A stretch of DNA of 64,000 nt from Tubiluchus corallicola (Eukaryota; Animalia; Priapulida): NCBI GenBank assembly GCA_030141605.1, contig JAQGDQ010000265.1:124001-188000 (forward strand), in the 5' to 3' direction. This document shows positions 15,301-27,061 of this stretch, in pieces. Numbering within the stretch: the first letter of the stretch is position 1; every line of letters begins with the position of its first letter. Under the pieces are notes generated by a model. The model did no database searches, had not been told where the DNA came from, and saw only the letters and a program-made list of their open reading frames with translations. The position numbers were made by a program, and so were the translations under genes.

Positions 15301-18300
15301 TGTTCACGGTGCGGCGCCCCCTCACATTCACGTTTCACCAAGTATGCCCGTCCTGAACGGAATGAGGAAATCACCCAGCAGCGCACTAGGCCATCATCGT
15401 GGGGAGGCCGGGTCTAGAAGGAAAGCGCCGAGTTACGGCGCTAGTTCAGCAGGGGTAGAGTGACTGTTTTACATTAAGTCTTCCTGGCCCTGGTGAGGCT
15501 CTGTTTGATTGCTGTTTGCTCTCGTCTGTAATCCATGACATTGTCAGACAGTCACTGACCTGCTGCCAGGGCCATCTATGTTTGTGTGTAACTCTTTCGG
15601 CTTAACACGTCAGTCAGTCAGTTAGTCTGAAATGCACTATATTGTTTGGGTGGTAGTGGTACCGGTGGTGGGATAAGCCTGGTTTTGCTTGCATAGATTG
15701 TGAGTCAGAGCATCAAATTAAATCACATTTTTAATCCTCATTTGTGTCTTTTTTTATTTGCTTTAGCTATTTTTTTACTCGATTTACCATGTGCTTCTGT
15801 TATGGTCATTAAGTTCACGATTGCAGTAGTGATACTTTTTATTTCACAGTACTAATCCTGTTTCTGTTAGTGTATGCTATTATTATTGTACTCACTAATA
15901 CTTTTGCACTCACTCTACCTAAAAAATACAAACAAATGTTTCTAACATTTTTATATTTCTGTTTTCTTTAATAGGATAGTGGCTTGGATATTGAGGACGG
16001 ACGTGTGCACACTCACGAACCAATGAAAATTATTCACAAAGAACAAGATAGCATCACAGCTTTTTGTGTAAATATGGTAAGAGATGTTTGATGATTTGTT
16101 GACTTTGCTGTCATTGAAAAAAAGAGTTTTCTGTGCATTTATACAAACTTTATTTTGTAATGTTCTCAGTCTTGCTTCTCCCTGAGTTTCCTAATATGTA
16201 TATCATGAGCTGTCAAATGATTTTTGTATTTTGTCTGTGTTTAAAAACTTCACGTCAGTAGGCCTCTTGATTATTTCTCCCTTCAGAAGTTATCAAGTGT
16301 TCAACATTTTGTTATGAGCTGATGCCGTACACTGACTAGTATGTTTAACACTAGTTTTTACACCTACCAGTAAAAATTCTTGCACAAAGCACTTCAATGG
16401 ACTAATGAGTTGAGAGTGCATCAGAATGAATGGGCCCAACATTCAAGAGTATATTTGTCTTAAGTTTTGCATATTTATGTTATTTTTTACTTAGACCTGC
16501 TATAGTTTGTTGTACATCTGTTAATGTCTTTTCGTTTTCAAAAAGTTTAGTTTGTCTTGTTCTTAGTATTCCAAGAATTGCATTTTTTGGCTCTTATAGG
16601 CTAATCTGAACCTTATCACTATGGCAACTACGAAAGATGTACAAGAGCTGGACATCAGTGAGATCTTGGCACAACCATCATGGCTGTTTGATGAAACTGA
16701 ATATGACATTTTACATCTTAGCAGGTGACTTTTGTTTGAGAGATTCACTGTACTGCATTTATTTGAAGCCGTTTATAGCAATTGTTTGTTAAACGTTCTG
16801 TATAGCTGAAAATCTCTATTACAAAAATATGTTAAAAGAGCAGACATTTCCACTTAGTTTTGAATGCTAAAAAATTGTGATTTTGGATGATGAACTAATT
16901 TCTTTTTTACCGCGACACCTTTCTCTGATTTCAATTCCAAAGGTGTGATTGTGTTATGATAATTTTCCAAATGACACCTTTTGAACACGCACGGAAGTAT
17001 TGTTGAGGATAAAATACACAATCTGCAGGAGTGCAAAACAAAAATAATTCGTGGTGACAACTAGTTAAATTTTCGCAGATCTGGTTTTGTCATAAAACTT
17101 GATCATTCAGATGATATTCTAGTCCAGTAACATTGAGCTGGCTTTAATTGCACTAAATCTTGTTTCAAGAAGTTCTAGTTTCTTGGAATAAGTTCATATT
17201 TTTAGTTTCTAATTGTCTTGCCTCAAGTGTCCACTGGTTGTTTTTGGGAGATTCTTTATAAAGAAAAAATCTCTGTGATTTACTGAACAGAAGAATTCTT
17301 AATTTTTTTTGTAGCAAAATCACACACAATTAACAGCCACTAGTTTCTACACATTTAACAACTTTTAGTAACTGTTTTGCATCCAGGAGAAACATTATTA
17401 CATTTTTTTAAATTTGTAAACATTTTTATCGCACAAAACTCTCAGAATAATGACATTCTACATTTTTTGTAACCAGTGATACAATATTAATGTGTTTAGC
17501 TATATTGTCTGTGACATTAAAATACGTTTTCCTTTGATACCCAAATTTCGTTAACCAAAAAATAAGACTTTCTAATCTTTTTTTGAAAACGTGTTAAAAT
17601 TTTCATTTGAGTTGCATTATTGCAGCGGTAAAGCTCCTCGGCATGAACATGATGACTATCTAGTCGTTGGTACACCCTATGACCAGTCACCACTTTCTGC
17701 TGGATCTGAAACAAGCTCAGCAACATTGTCCCCATCATCTAACAGTCCTTCACCGTCTGGTCATGCGCTGACGAACAAGAGTACACATGTGGTATGTTTC
17801 TACAAATCTTAAGCTGAGAGTGTATTATTCACTTAAATGTGTTGTTATTTGTGCATTTCAGACTGTGTTTCTTCATTGTTCAATTCGCAATGCATAAAAT
17901 GGGCACTTTTCAATTTTTAGCACTATTACAAAATCTATGGAAATATTTAATTAAAATTTTTGAATGAACAAAAATGTATAAGTGGTGAAACTAGTTATTT
18001 AAATCCAGTTTATTTAATTTAATTACATTGAAACACTGTAGAATATATGCATAATTGTGCTGTAACCATTTTGCCAGCCAGACTGTCAACTGTAAGACAA
18101 TTTCGCATTGTAAATTGAATAGTAATAGTAAACTACCATGTATTGCAAACTTGCAGTATTAATCGTTACTGTCCCTTGTTTTTACTCTTCGTTTTTCTAT
18201 GGGTAAGCTCTCAATTATTTGTTGCCATGTCTTTTTTGTCCTGTTGGTTCTGTTGTTCTATCATTGTTTCTTCGCCGGTGGGCATTGTCTTGTAACACAT

Positions 18301-21300
18301 TGTTGCTCTTATTTTCCTGCTACTGTATGGGATACTGTAGTCTAAAGGAATATTCTCCAATCTGGTGTTCTCTCGTTATGTGGTTGAACGGAGTAGACAC
18401 CTTATCGCACCGGTGAGTGGTCTGAACTTTGATGCGTGTTGTTTTTCTCTCCTAGCTATGAGCACTTTGCTTTTTAAAAAATTCAGAACGCTCAATGTCT
18501 TTACAGCTGTGTGTATTTGTCTAATTGTAATATTTAGCTGTGCTACATTTTTTGGCATTACTACAATACATTTCTGCTGCTGAAAAGTAGACATAGCACA
18601 AGCACAACCTTATATTGTTATTGCACATTTGTTTATGCTTAATCTTACCTTGCAAAAGTCGTTAAGATATTTGGTTTGAAGAAAATTGAACATTGTGTTT
18701 GTTTACGCTATAGTTCATTATGGAGCCCCAGAGGCTGTGTATATTGTTTAAGCCTATTGCTTTTTTAATACCCGATAGCTGTGCCTCTATAACTCAAATT
18801 ACTGCCTGCAGGCTTTTTGAAATAGAATGTTGCTGTATTTGACTTACTTGTATAGGCAATGCACTGCTAACTTTGCTGGAATTAAGTTATGTTAGCATCT
18901 AGTAGCTATCGAACACATTTATAAGAAATATATTATATACATATTTTATACTCGAAGTACACTTTTTCTATTCACATTTGTGTAGTATTAATCAATTATG
19001 ATTTTGCAAATATGATGCTGTAAATATATTTCTGTTAAATGATTTGAAGAAGTGAAAATTTTTGCAGTAGTTACCGAGCTTTTTACCATACTAAACTAGA
19101 TGTTCTGGTCAAAACCACATGAACTAAACTAGTTTAGATTGTAAACCCATTTTTGGTTTGTGAATGGCAATGTTTCTGATCTTCTGGTCTGTTAATCGGA
19201 GCTTGACATAACCCAATAAAGAGGGGCACTTATTAGATTAGGCATGGTGGATATTTTCACATAAAATGACCTTTTCTAACTTTTATATCTTTATTCTTTT
19301 CAGATAAAGAAACACAACCTTCACAATGTGAAACGCATGGCTTCTCATCCTTCAATGCCTTACTGTAAGTTTTTAAGTTAATGCAGCAATGCAGCTTTTT
19401 CATTAAATCTTTTGTGTCTACCAGAACTTGTAAGTCATGTAATTAGTGATCATGGAGTAAAGTCAAATTGGCTGCACCCTAATAGATTTTCATCTAGTCT
19501 TATGTGCATGAATGTCGCATGAATGAGTAAGTTTACAAAAATTTTTTATTAGAAAACTTGTGAAAATGATATAGCCGATATGTAGTAATCTTCTCAGAGT
19601 CCATGTTGAACTTCACTTAATCTTTGCTTCTACTTCTAGCATTTGAGCTGGCTGTTTGAAACCATGGACATTGTGTTAGCATGACCATTTTTGTCTCATT
19701 ATATGATTACCAGTTTGTGCCGCCCACAGTTTTCTACAATACAGCTTTTTCCATTTGTCCTGGCCATTTGTGTTGTTACTCTCTTACTTCATATTTTAGT
19801 ACAAAGGTGTTCTTGTAAAAAAATGTGCACTGCTGCAATTGTTTTGGTTAATAAGGACAAGATTGGGTGCTGTCTGATTGGATCTATTGAATAGGTTCTT
19901 TGCTTGGCAAGCTTTGTCACTGTAATTAGTTACATATTGTTAATGTGGTAATCATTGGAAAACGATAAATGTAAATTTCTTTTTGTAGATTTGAGTGGCG
20001 GACAAGATGGGGCAATAAATCTGCTCGAATGGGGGCAGGATCATCCCAGGTTTTCTCCCCGGTCGGCTGGTGGTTCATCAAAAATTACACGCCTTAATTT
20101 CAGTCCGCAGGGAAACAAGGTAGAAAAACAACAATTATTCTTGGAGAAAAACATTTCACAATTAATACTACTTGTGGAAATTGATTAAAACTAATTATAA
20201 TTTGTATTAGCAGCAGTTTAAAGCAAATAAACGTTTGAGTACTTTTGATTCTGTTTGAAATGTCTTTTTTTTTCAGTGAAGCAGATGTGAATATGAATGC
20301 TTATAGCAGGTTCTCAGTGCAGAGTTACTTTTGGTATTTCATTGAAGCTCGTTTTAAGCTTTTATAAATGAAGAAAGCTTAAAGCTTGTTTACTTTTGCA
20401 TAAGTAGTGTTATCTGTTATAACCCAGAGATCATTTATGCATTATAGTCATGTATTTATCATTTAATTAGTAAATATTATTTATTCAGTTTGGTGCTAGT
20501 GATCATGATGGGAATTTGTCTTTGTGGCAAGTTAATCAGATAGCAGGAGCTGGTAATAAGCCTTTCTTGGTAAGCATCTGTGTTATGATGACTCTCATAC
20601 ATAATATTATACAGGGTGTTTCAGAAGTTCCTCCCTGATTTGATTTTGCAACTATTCGACCTGCAATGTTTCTATTATCACAAACTCATATTCAGTAGTT
20701 GAGAAATTTTTTGAGTCTACATTTAAAATTCTGCACCATTGTCTGCCGCCATACTAACATTAGAGCAGACGTGTAAGGTGCGGCGAGAATTTTAGTGGCA
20801 TAAAGCTTGGCTTCATAAGTTTTTTTGCATTGATTTTACACCTACTTACCTTGTTCAGCTCTATGCAGCAGAATGGTATTAGAAGAAAACAGTGCCAACC
20901 TTCAAAGAGAATTTTGTAAAATTGTGCTAAAAGATGATCATCGTTGGTTGAATATCTGCAAAAAAGAGAATTATATTAGTAAGGAAATTTCGAAACACCA
21001 CATGCTAATTGTCATCCTAGATAAGAATTACTTCTGCAGGTAGTTACTCTACTGGTTGAATTTCGTTGGATAGGCCATCTAAATTTTAGTATAAATTAAA
21101 AATGTTATATTCAAAGATAAAACTGCGTCAAAATTTTTTATGTCTGTAAACATTGACGTGAAATGTAAAATACTGTTTCAGAGTTTGAAGTGTCATGACA
21201 AAACGATTAGTGATTTTATGTTTGTGGGATCGTCCAGTTTATTAGCCACTGCAGGTCACTCTCACGAAAGCAAAAATGTCTGTTTGTGGGACACGTTGTT

Positions 21301-23779
21301 GCCTCAGAGGAAGGCGTTAGTACAAGGTACAACAATTTTTATTTAAAAAATCTTGTGGTTTGCTGTTCAGTTTTTAAGGGTTGGAAGGTGAATGTAATCC
21401 ATATTAGAATACTTGGGCTGCATTTTCTTCGTTCTTGTTTGTTGACTTAAAATTTCGGTCACGAGGATACTGAACTCGAAATGAAGTCCTAGATTACTTT
21501 GATATACCATTCATTTTGCATGTTGTATTAGTAGTTCATGTGTATGATTTCAATTTGCTCTGTTTAAAATAATTAGCTGCGTTACTGAACTTATAAGATC
21601 ATTTTCGTGAGAATGGATATAGTGAATTTTTGAACATTCAACATGTAATTTTTTGTTGGAAAAGTAAAATGTAAAACATTATATACTGAACACGTCTTAG
21701 CCTGTTAAACTTGGGTAGCTTGATCAAGGAGCATTTACTTGTTTTAGTTTGATAACTTCAAGCAATTGTGATTCAAATCAAAATTTTTACGTGCTCACTG
21801 CAGTTTTCATTGGGGCACCGAAGTCATACTATGCAGGTGCAGCATCTGGATCTAACTGCTTGCTTTAAGTAGGCATTTGAAATTTATTTATTTTGAAATT
21901 ATACTAATGTCCTTTGAAAAAATGCCGTAGATACAAGGAATTGACACGCCAAAAAAAATTTTGCAAGTCACTTTTATTCATTTAGTGTTATGTAACAGTA
22001 GAATATAATACAATAAAAACAAAAAAGCATTGTGATTAATATTATCTTTTAGCATTTACATGTCATGATCATGGTTCACCTGCCTTGGTTTATGCACCAC
22101 AACATCAAGTCATCATATCTGGTGGAAAGAAAGGTGAAATTTGCATATTCGATGTTCGCCAACAGTTGCTGCGCCACACATTCCAGGTATGTCTGCTTAC
22201 CAGTTTTAAAATACTTATGTCACTGGAAAAGAAAATTCTTAGTAATTTAAATATTCGGACCAGCTTGTCAAAACTGTGCTGTTTTGCAAGCCCAGTGTGC
22301 TCCAAAAAATGTCACTGGCTCGCCAAAAACATATTATTAATCTTATTGGCAAGATAAAGTAAGTTACACTTTTGCTTGGTCTGTGAAAAGTGTGCTACGA
22401 ATGCTCTGATTATTTTTTTAAACTTCATGCAGTGTTATCTGAACTTGCTTAAATTTCCTGCTCAGCAACTAACTGTTAAAATGGCTGCGCCTAAGTCTCA
22501 ATTTGGGGAGTTTAAATTTACAAGTTTTATACAGCGTTGCTGCTAATACACACTCTGTGTTCAGTAAGACAGTAATAGGTGATACAAAATTTCAAACTTC
22601 TTTTTTCTTGTCCTTTAGCAATTGTTGAGTATTGAGGTACTGTTCCACTGAATTTAAGCTGTACACTATGTTCTGTTTGCATTTACCATTTACTATGTAT
22701 ATAATTATTGTTGTTAACAGTGAAGCAACAATGGTGACAGTAAAGAGTAAAAAGTTGTTTTTCTCAGCAGACTACAGAATATTTTACAAGTTAAACTGTA
22801 TCAGTTTTCCTGCACTTGTCTTTCATGCATCTGTGGAATCACCCCATTAAAACTTTGTGGACCGGGCAGGTTAGCTAATAGTATTGGTTGCTTATGGGTA
22901 TTTTATATATTGCCAATTTATTATGTTGTATTTTTAGGCACATGAGTCTGCTGTAAAGGCTCTTGCCTTGGATCCCACTGAGGAATTCTTTGTGACTGGT
23001 TCTGCAGAAGGCGGTGTAAAGGTTTGGGCATTGGGAATGCATACATTAATGTATGATTTTCCAGGAGAACATGCTCGCAGTAGCATTTTCAGAAATATTG
23101 GTATGTGCTTTCTGGTTACATGCACAGCTTAACTTGGAAAAAATATAAAATTTAATATTTTTATATAATAAATAATTTAATTATTAGATGCACAACCTTT
23201 GTTTCTGCTTCTTTACTCTTTGAAGGGACAATGAACAAGGGTGAACTGTGAACACTATTAATTATTTCATTATTTATTAGGCACAAACATGTACGTTTGC
23301 AAAAGTTTGCTGTACTAGTTTACTATACTTTACCATATTCTAAAATGCTGTATTATAAACTTACTATAATGAAAAATACTATACTAGTTTGCTCCATATG
23401 AAGACCAAGATCAATACTGAAAAAATATCACTTATAAGACCAATGCCAAAGCTAACTCAGGCAAAAACTAATTTTGAGGTTGATCTCCACTCCACACTTC
23501 TACTAATATGTGCCTTGCTGTCAAGTTAATCATTAATCTTTTCCATTTAATGTAAAATATATCTTGTTATCTGTAATGCTGACTAGTATCTTTGGGCCAA
23601 AATTAACTGTGCAGAATCATTTTATCATTTACGTGTTTCTAGGGGTTGGTGTTATACAGTTATATGTCGATCATCAGCAACATTTGTTTTCGTGTGGAGC
23701 CGACGGGTCGCTGAAGGTTCGGAAGCTTCCAGAACGGGAAGTAATTGTACAGACCTATCAAGAACAACAGCATGGTTAA
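334..23779 (+). CDS. DMXL2: DmX-like protein / Rabconnectin-3 alpha (DMXL1/DMXL2 orthologue), 3' portion; multi-exon, 5' end outside window
   Basis: Phase-consistent GT-AG exons: 334-497, 945-1076, 1462-1597, 2071-2166, 2287-2391, 2689-2858, 3129-3226, 3353-3518, 3765-3885, 4354-5150, 5867-6004, 6581-6695, 7666-8269, 8900-9276, 9816-10018, 10185-10295, 11038-11161, 12218-12422, 13734-13848, [15221-15454], 15975-16076, 16600-16724, 17626-17791, [18341-18412], 19304-19364, 19989-20119, 20489-20569, 21182-21326, 22053-22186, 22938-23100, 23643-23779 (TAA). Recognised motifs: Rav1p_C region (DPLDAALYYLAMKKK-like EPLDAALYYLAMKKK; RWRRAALKNAFALLGKQRFDHAAAFFLL), DIMAQQLKFIACLKIFMEELSTLATGFEVDGGQLRYQLYNWLERE, EHSDPNSYSW, and C-terminal WD40 repeats (NVCLWDTLLP, IISGGKKGEICIFDVRQ, FVTGSAEGGVKVW, LFSCGADGSLKVR). 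Invertebrates usually have one gene, so the DMXL1/DMXL2 label is nominal. Confidence 0.95.
706..800. repeat. Degenerate GGT/GGC/GAG triplet low-complexity tract in a DMXL intron
   Basis: gtggtggtggtggtagt...ggtggtagtggcagtggcggcagcagc...gaggaggagggg. Confidence 0.7.
6779..7223. mobile_element. Non-autonomous hAT-like element (TAGGGATG-type termini)
   Basis: Left T(T)GGGATGTCAA, right GTGACATCCCTA; subterminal GATTC repeats; degenerate 8-bp flanks gtgctttc/ctactttc. Confidence 0.6.
13140..13500. mobile_element. Non-autonomous hAT-like element with TTCGAA subterminal repeats
   Basis: TIRs TAGTGGTGAGCAT / ATGCTCACCCCTA; many TCGAA motifs; degenerate 8-bp flanks gtattctt/gtatgtat; an inverted partial copy lies at 37860-37986. 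Confidence 0.7.
15221..15454 (+). CDS. Putative alternative DMXL exon, 234 nt / 78 aa, Ser/Arg/Pro/Ala-rich; could instead be a terminal exon ending at TGA 15461-15463
   Basis: Acceptor ttacctgttag| at 15220; open phase-0 frame VEAKTAAPRVSSIRRVPSMLSRTS...RRKAPSYGASSAG; weak donor GGG|gtagag; length divisible by 3 between two phase-0 junctions; much more GC-rich than the surrounding intron. Confidence 0.65.
18341..18412 (+). CDS. Putative DMXL cassette exon, 72 nt (SKGIFSNLVFSRYVVERSRHLIAP)
   Basis: ctgtag| acceptor, consensus donor CCG|gtgagt, 24 open codons, phase 0 on both sides matching neighbouring exons 17626-17791 and 19304-19364. Confidence 0.7.
20612..21003. mobile_element. Degraded Tc1/mariner-type MITE
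   Basis: TA|CAGGGTGTTTCAGAAGTTCCT at left; degenerate inverse AGGAAATTTCGAAACACC at ~20982-21000. Confidence 0.45.
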
Positions 23780-25129
23780 GTTTGTCATTGTTGCCATCTG
23801 CAAAGCAGTAAGGTGCTGCCATCTTTGGAGAAAATGCTTGTAAGATATGCTTTAGCAAATATTACATTATAGACGATTAATGAGTTATGTGTTGGTGGCA
23901 AATATTGTGATAATTCTCAAAAATTATGTCATTCCACTTTGCATAATATTTATTAATCTATTACTGTAAATTATCTATCTGATGATTAAATTGAATATAT
24001 TATGAAACGTGTGGTGCGAATGTCATTTGAGTTACTATGTATGCCTTGATTTTGTGCTCTTGACAGAAATCTCTTTGTAGTGAGAATGGTAAAGATCTAT
24101 CGAAAGTAGGTAACTAAATATAAATGACATTGATAAGGACAATATGCAATTGTAGCTTCTTCGGTCGCAGAACGTGAATTTTACTTTGTTTCATAGCTAT
24201 CCAGGTTACAGTGATATATAGTTGGATTATATTCATGATAGCAGTTATGATTTAGTTTAGGTGTTGGAGTGTTGATCATCATTTTTGGTGCTTATGTTTA
24301 GCTACTTGTAATGCATCCGCTTATTTTACTAACAGAAACGGTGGCGGTAACTGCAGCTATCTCATGATATTGTAATGTATTATATGCAGGCCTGTATTGA
24401 TTGTTATTATTTTAAGTACAGAATTGTAATAATATTATAAGTTACGACTGTGTACTTTTCAGAAATGTTAAGTTCTTTTGATGTGGTTAAATTACCTTTT
24501 CTTGTGCTTTGATGCACTGCGTATAATCTGTAAGATGTTCACATCCTTCCCCAACATTTTTCTCTACAGTCTACAGACCGTGATAACAGAAAATGTGATT
24601 AATGAGATATGATTCATTTTGTATAGGTCTACTGTTAGGTTCATAATTATTTTGCTAACACAGTGTATTATGTTGTTTGCTGGCAATACCACTCTTTTCA
24701 AGCAACAGGGATTTTTAGTAGGTAATTGTTATTGTTGTCAATTATAACAGGCAACGATTTTGTTAATTTTATGTAGAAAAATATTTTAGGTTGTGATACA
24801 GCAGCTTATTGCTAGAGAAATATTATTTTTCTTGTGTACTGCTGCTGACTTCTGATTTGTCACCAAGGAGTTATTAGTGAATGATAAATACTACATACTT
24901 CTGTTGTGTTGAGTAGGCTACAAGGCCAGTAATTCCATCACTAGAAATTTCGTGCATTTGGTAAACCACTCTAGGGCAGCTGTCAATATTTAAACAAACA
25001 ATTAGTTACATTTTGTATTCCTGCAACGGATATTATGTTATCTAGCCTGTGTGTGGTTCATGCGTTTGAAAGCAGGTTATGGGTATTACGGTAAGACTGT
25101 GATTTCTGGCTATTATCTGTTTTAGTGTG

Positions 25130-25135
25130 AATAAA
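25130..25135 (+). promoter_or_regulatory. Candidate polyadenylation signal for DMXL
   Basis: AATAAA ~1.35 kb after the stop codon; another lies at 25814-25819. AT-rich background lowers specificity. Confidence 0.3.
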
Positions 25136-27061
25136 ATTTTTCCATTCTGTAAAAATATGATAAACCCAAAAATGAATTAAAGTTTTTAACTAGCCAGGAA
25201 CACGAGGCACACTATCGACTGTACTTGATTTCTCAAGGATAAAAATTACTGCTCATATTTTTGGGAATGTGATAACTATTTGCATAGTTACAACACATTA
25301 AAGAACAAACATTTTGATGTTATGTCTATAGTAACAGAGTCCACTTCTTATTGGTAATAATAGTTATAATTGCAAGCCATGGTAAAACAATGATTAAAAA
25401 GGACACATGCAAACGTATTTTATCGAGAAGCGATATTTAAATTAAAATCTGCATAAATTTAACCCCAACTGGTGAGAAAGATGGGTGTAACTGATCAAAA
25501 ATTTGAGCTTTTTGTTATAAAGTAATTATTTGCTGCAGGTGCCTGTTTTTCTCGTGCGCTAGATTTTAGCTTGCTAAATGATTGTTGTAAATTAGCTTAC
25601 ATGTTATAATAGAGAAAGGTTAGAATATTTCTTTTAACTTACACAGAACTTTATGCTGTACATGTTACTGTTGAGCATCATGTTATATATATTTCGTGTC
25701 AATGTTGTTAAAAACGTAGACGAGTAAAATGTTCTCTGGTGCAGAGAGCTGCGATTTTAGCATGTAGGCTGTTAACATTGGGAAAATATAACGTAGAACA
25801 TGAATCAGATGAAAATAAAAATCAGCTATTACAATAACTTTACCATGTTACTTGCTTTGTATGACAAACAGTATTGTAGGCAGCACGTGTAGTGTGTGTA
25901 AACCAAGTTGCAAAGACAAATGTGAGTCATACATAACGTATACCAAAGCTACAAAATTTGCAGCTTGTAAAAATAACAATCATTACCCAGCAAATTTATG
26001 TGGTACTCGTACAAAACTCTCTTGAAATCCGAAGCAGTTTTTCATGTAAGTTACGCAGGGAAATGTGTATAAAAAACATTTGTATAAAATTATTTATTTG
26101 TTCTAAACTTCAATCAAGTCACAGGACTGGTTTAGAGACAAGAACTTTGCTTTCCCAAAATATCCTGGCAAACTTGAGTCCAGTTTTTTTAGCAGAGAAT
26201 AGGCTGCAAGGGAAAGTAAATTGCAAATAGCTCAATGATTCAAGCAATTAAACTGAAATGCTGCTTGTAAACCAATTAGCAACATCTTTGTTACTTTATT
26301 GTTTATTATCACTTGTGAAATATGAAATTGGCAAATTGCAAATTCTTCTGTACATAAAAAACATCTAAATGCGGGTTTCGTAATTCCGGAAACAGTAAAA
26401 CATAGTAACTCATCTTCATTTTGGGTTCATAATTGTCTTCTCTGAAGAAAATGGTATTTAAAACCTAATAACACAACAGCTGTTTTCAGAATGGATTTTG
26501 CTAAAAAAACGAAAAGTGTGCAGATGGAAAATAATTTATTACATAATTTTAACTAAAAATTTCACTGAGGTTCTTTTTGCATTCATATAATTGCCTTTGG
26601 TGCAGTAAAAGACAATTCAACATTCCTTTTAATCTTATTGTTAAGAATATGAAGATAATTTAAGCAATTATTGTATTAAACAAAACAAAAGAATGCACAT
26701 CTAGTGCGAACTGTGCATGGATGACCGTAACTGGCTCCACAAATAACTGGACAGAAAAAAATGCCAAAGAGCTACAGTATATGTGTACAGTAGGCAGCAT
26801 CATTTTTTGAACTCGAAACAATACGAAATCTTAAGTTGTATCCTCACAGCCATCGGGTCATTGGGTGTCAGGGTTCTCCAATGTTCTCATAAACAATGCT
26901 GATAGTGTCAACAGAAAATAAACGAATATTACAATCGTGCTCACAGGTAACAATAGCACATTAAGTAAAGGGTTACTCTTATTTACAAAATAACATTAAA
27001 TCATCAACACACACTTTGCCAATCAGTATGTGCAAATGGGTGAAAAAAAAACAAGTGCTTT

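Noticed and set aside
15461-15496. Stop-codon readthrough at TGA-CTG in the DMXL alternative exon
   Set aside because: The downstream donor at 15492 is phase 2 while the next exon needs phase 0, so readthrough would not restore the frame.
23777-23871. Open frame after the DMXL stop (possible readthrough extension)
   Set aside because: TAA-G is an efficient stop context and the short open stretch is within chance.
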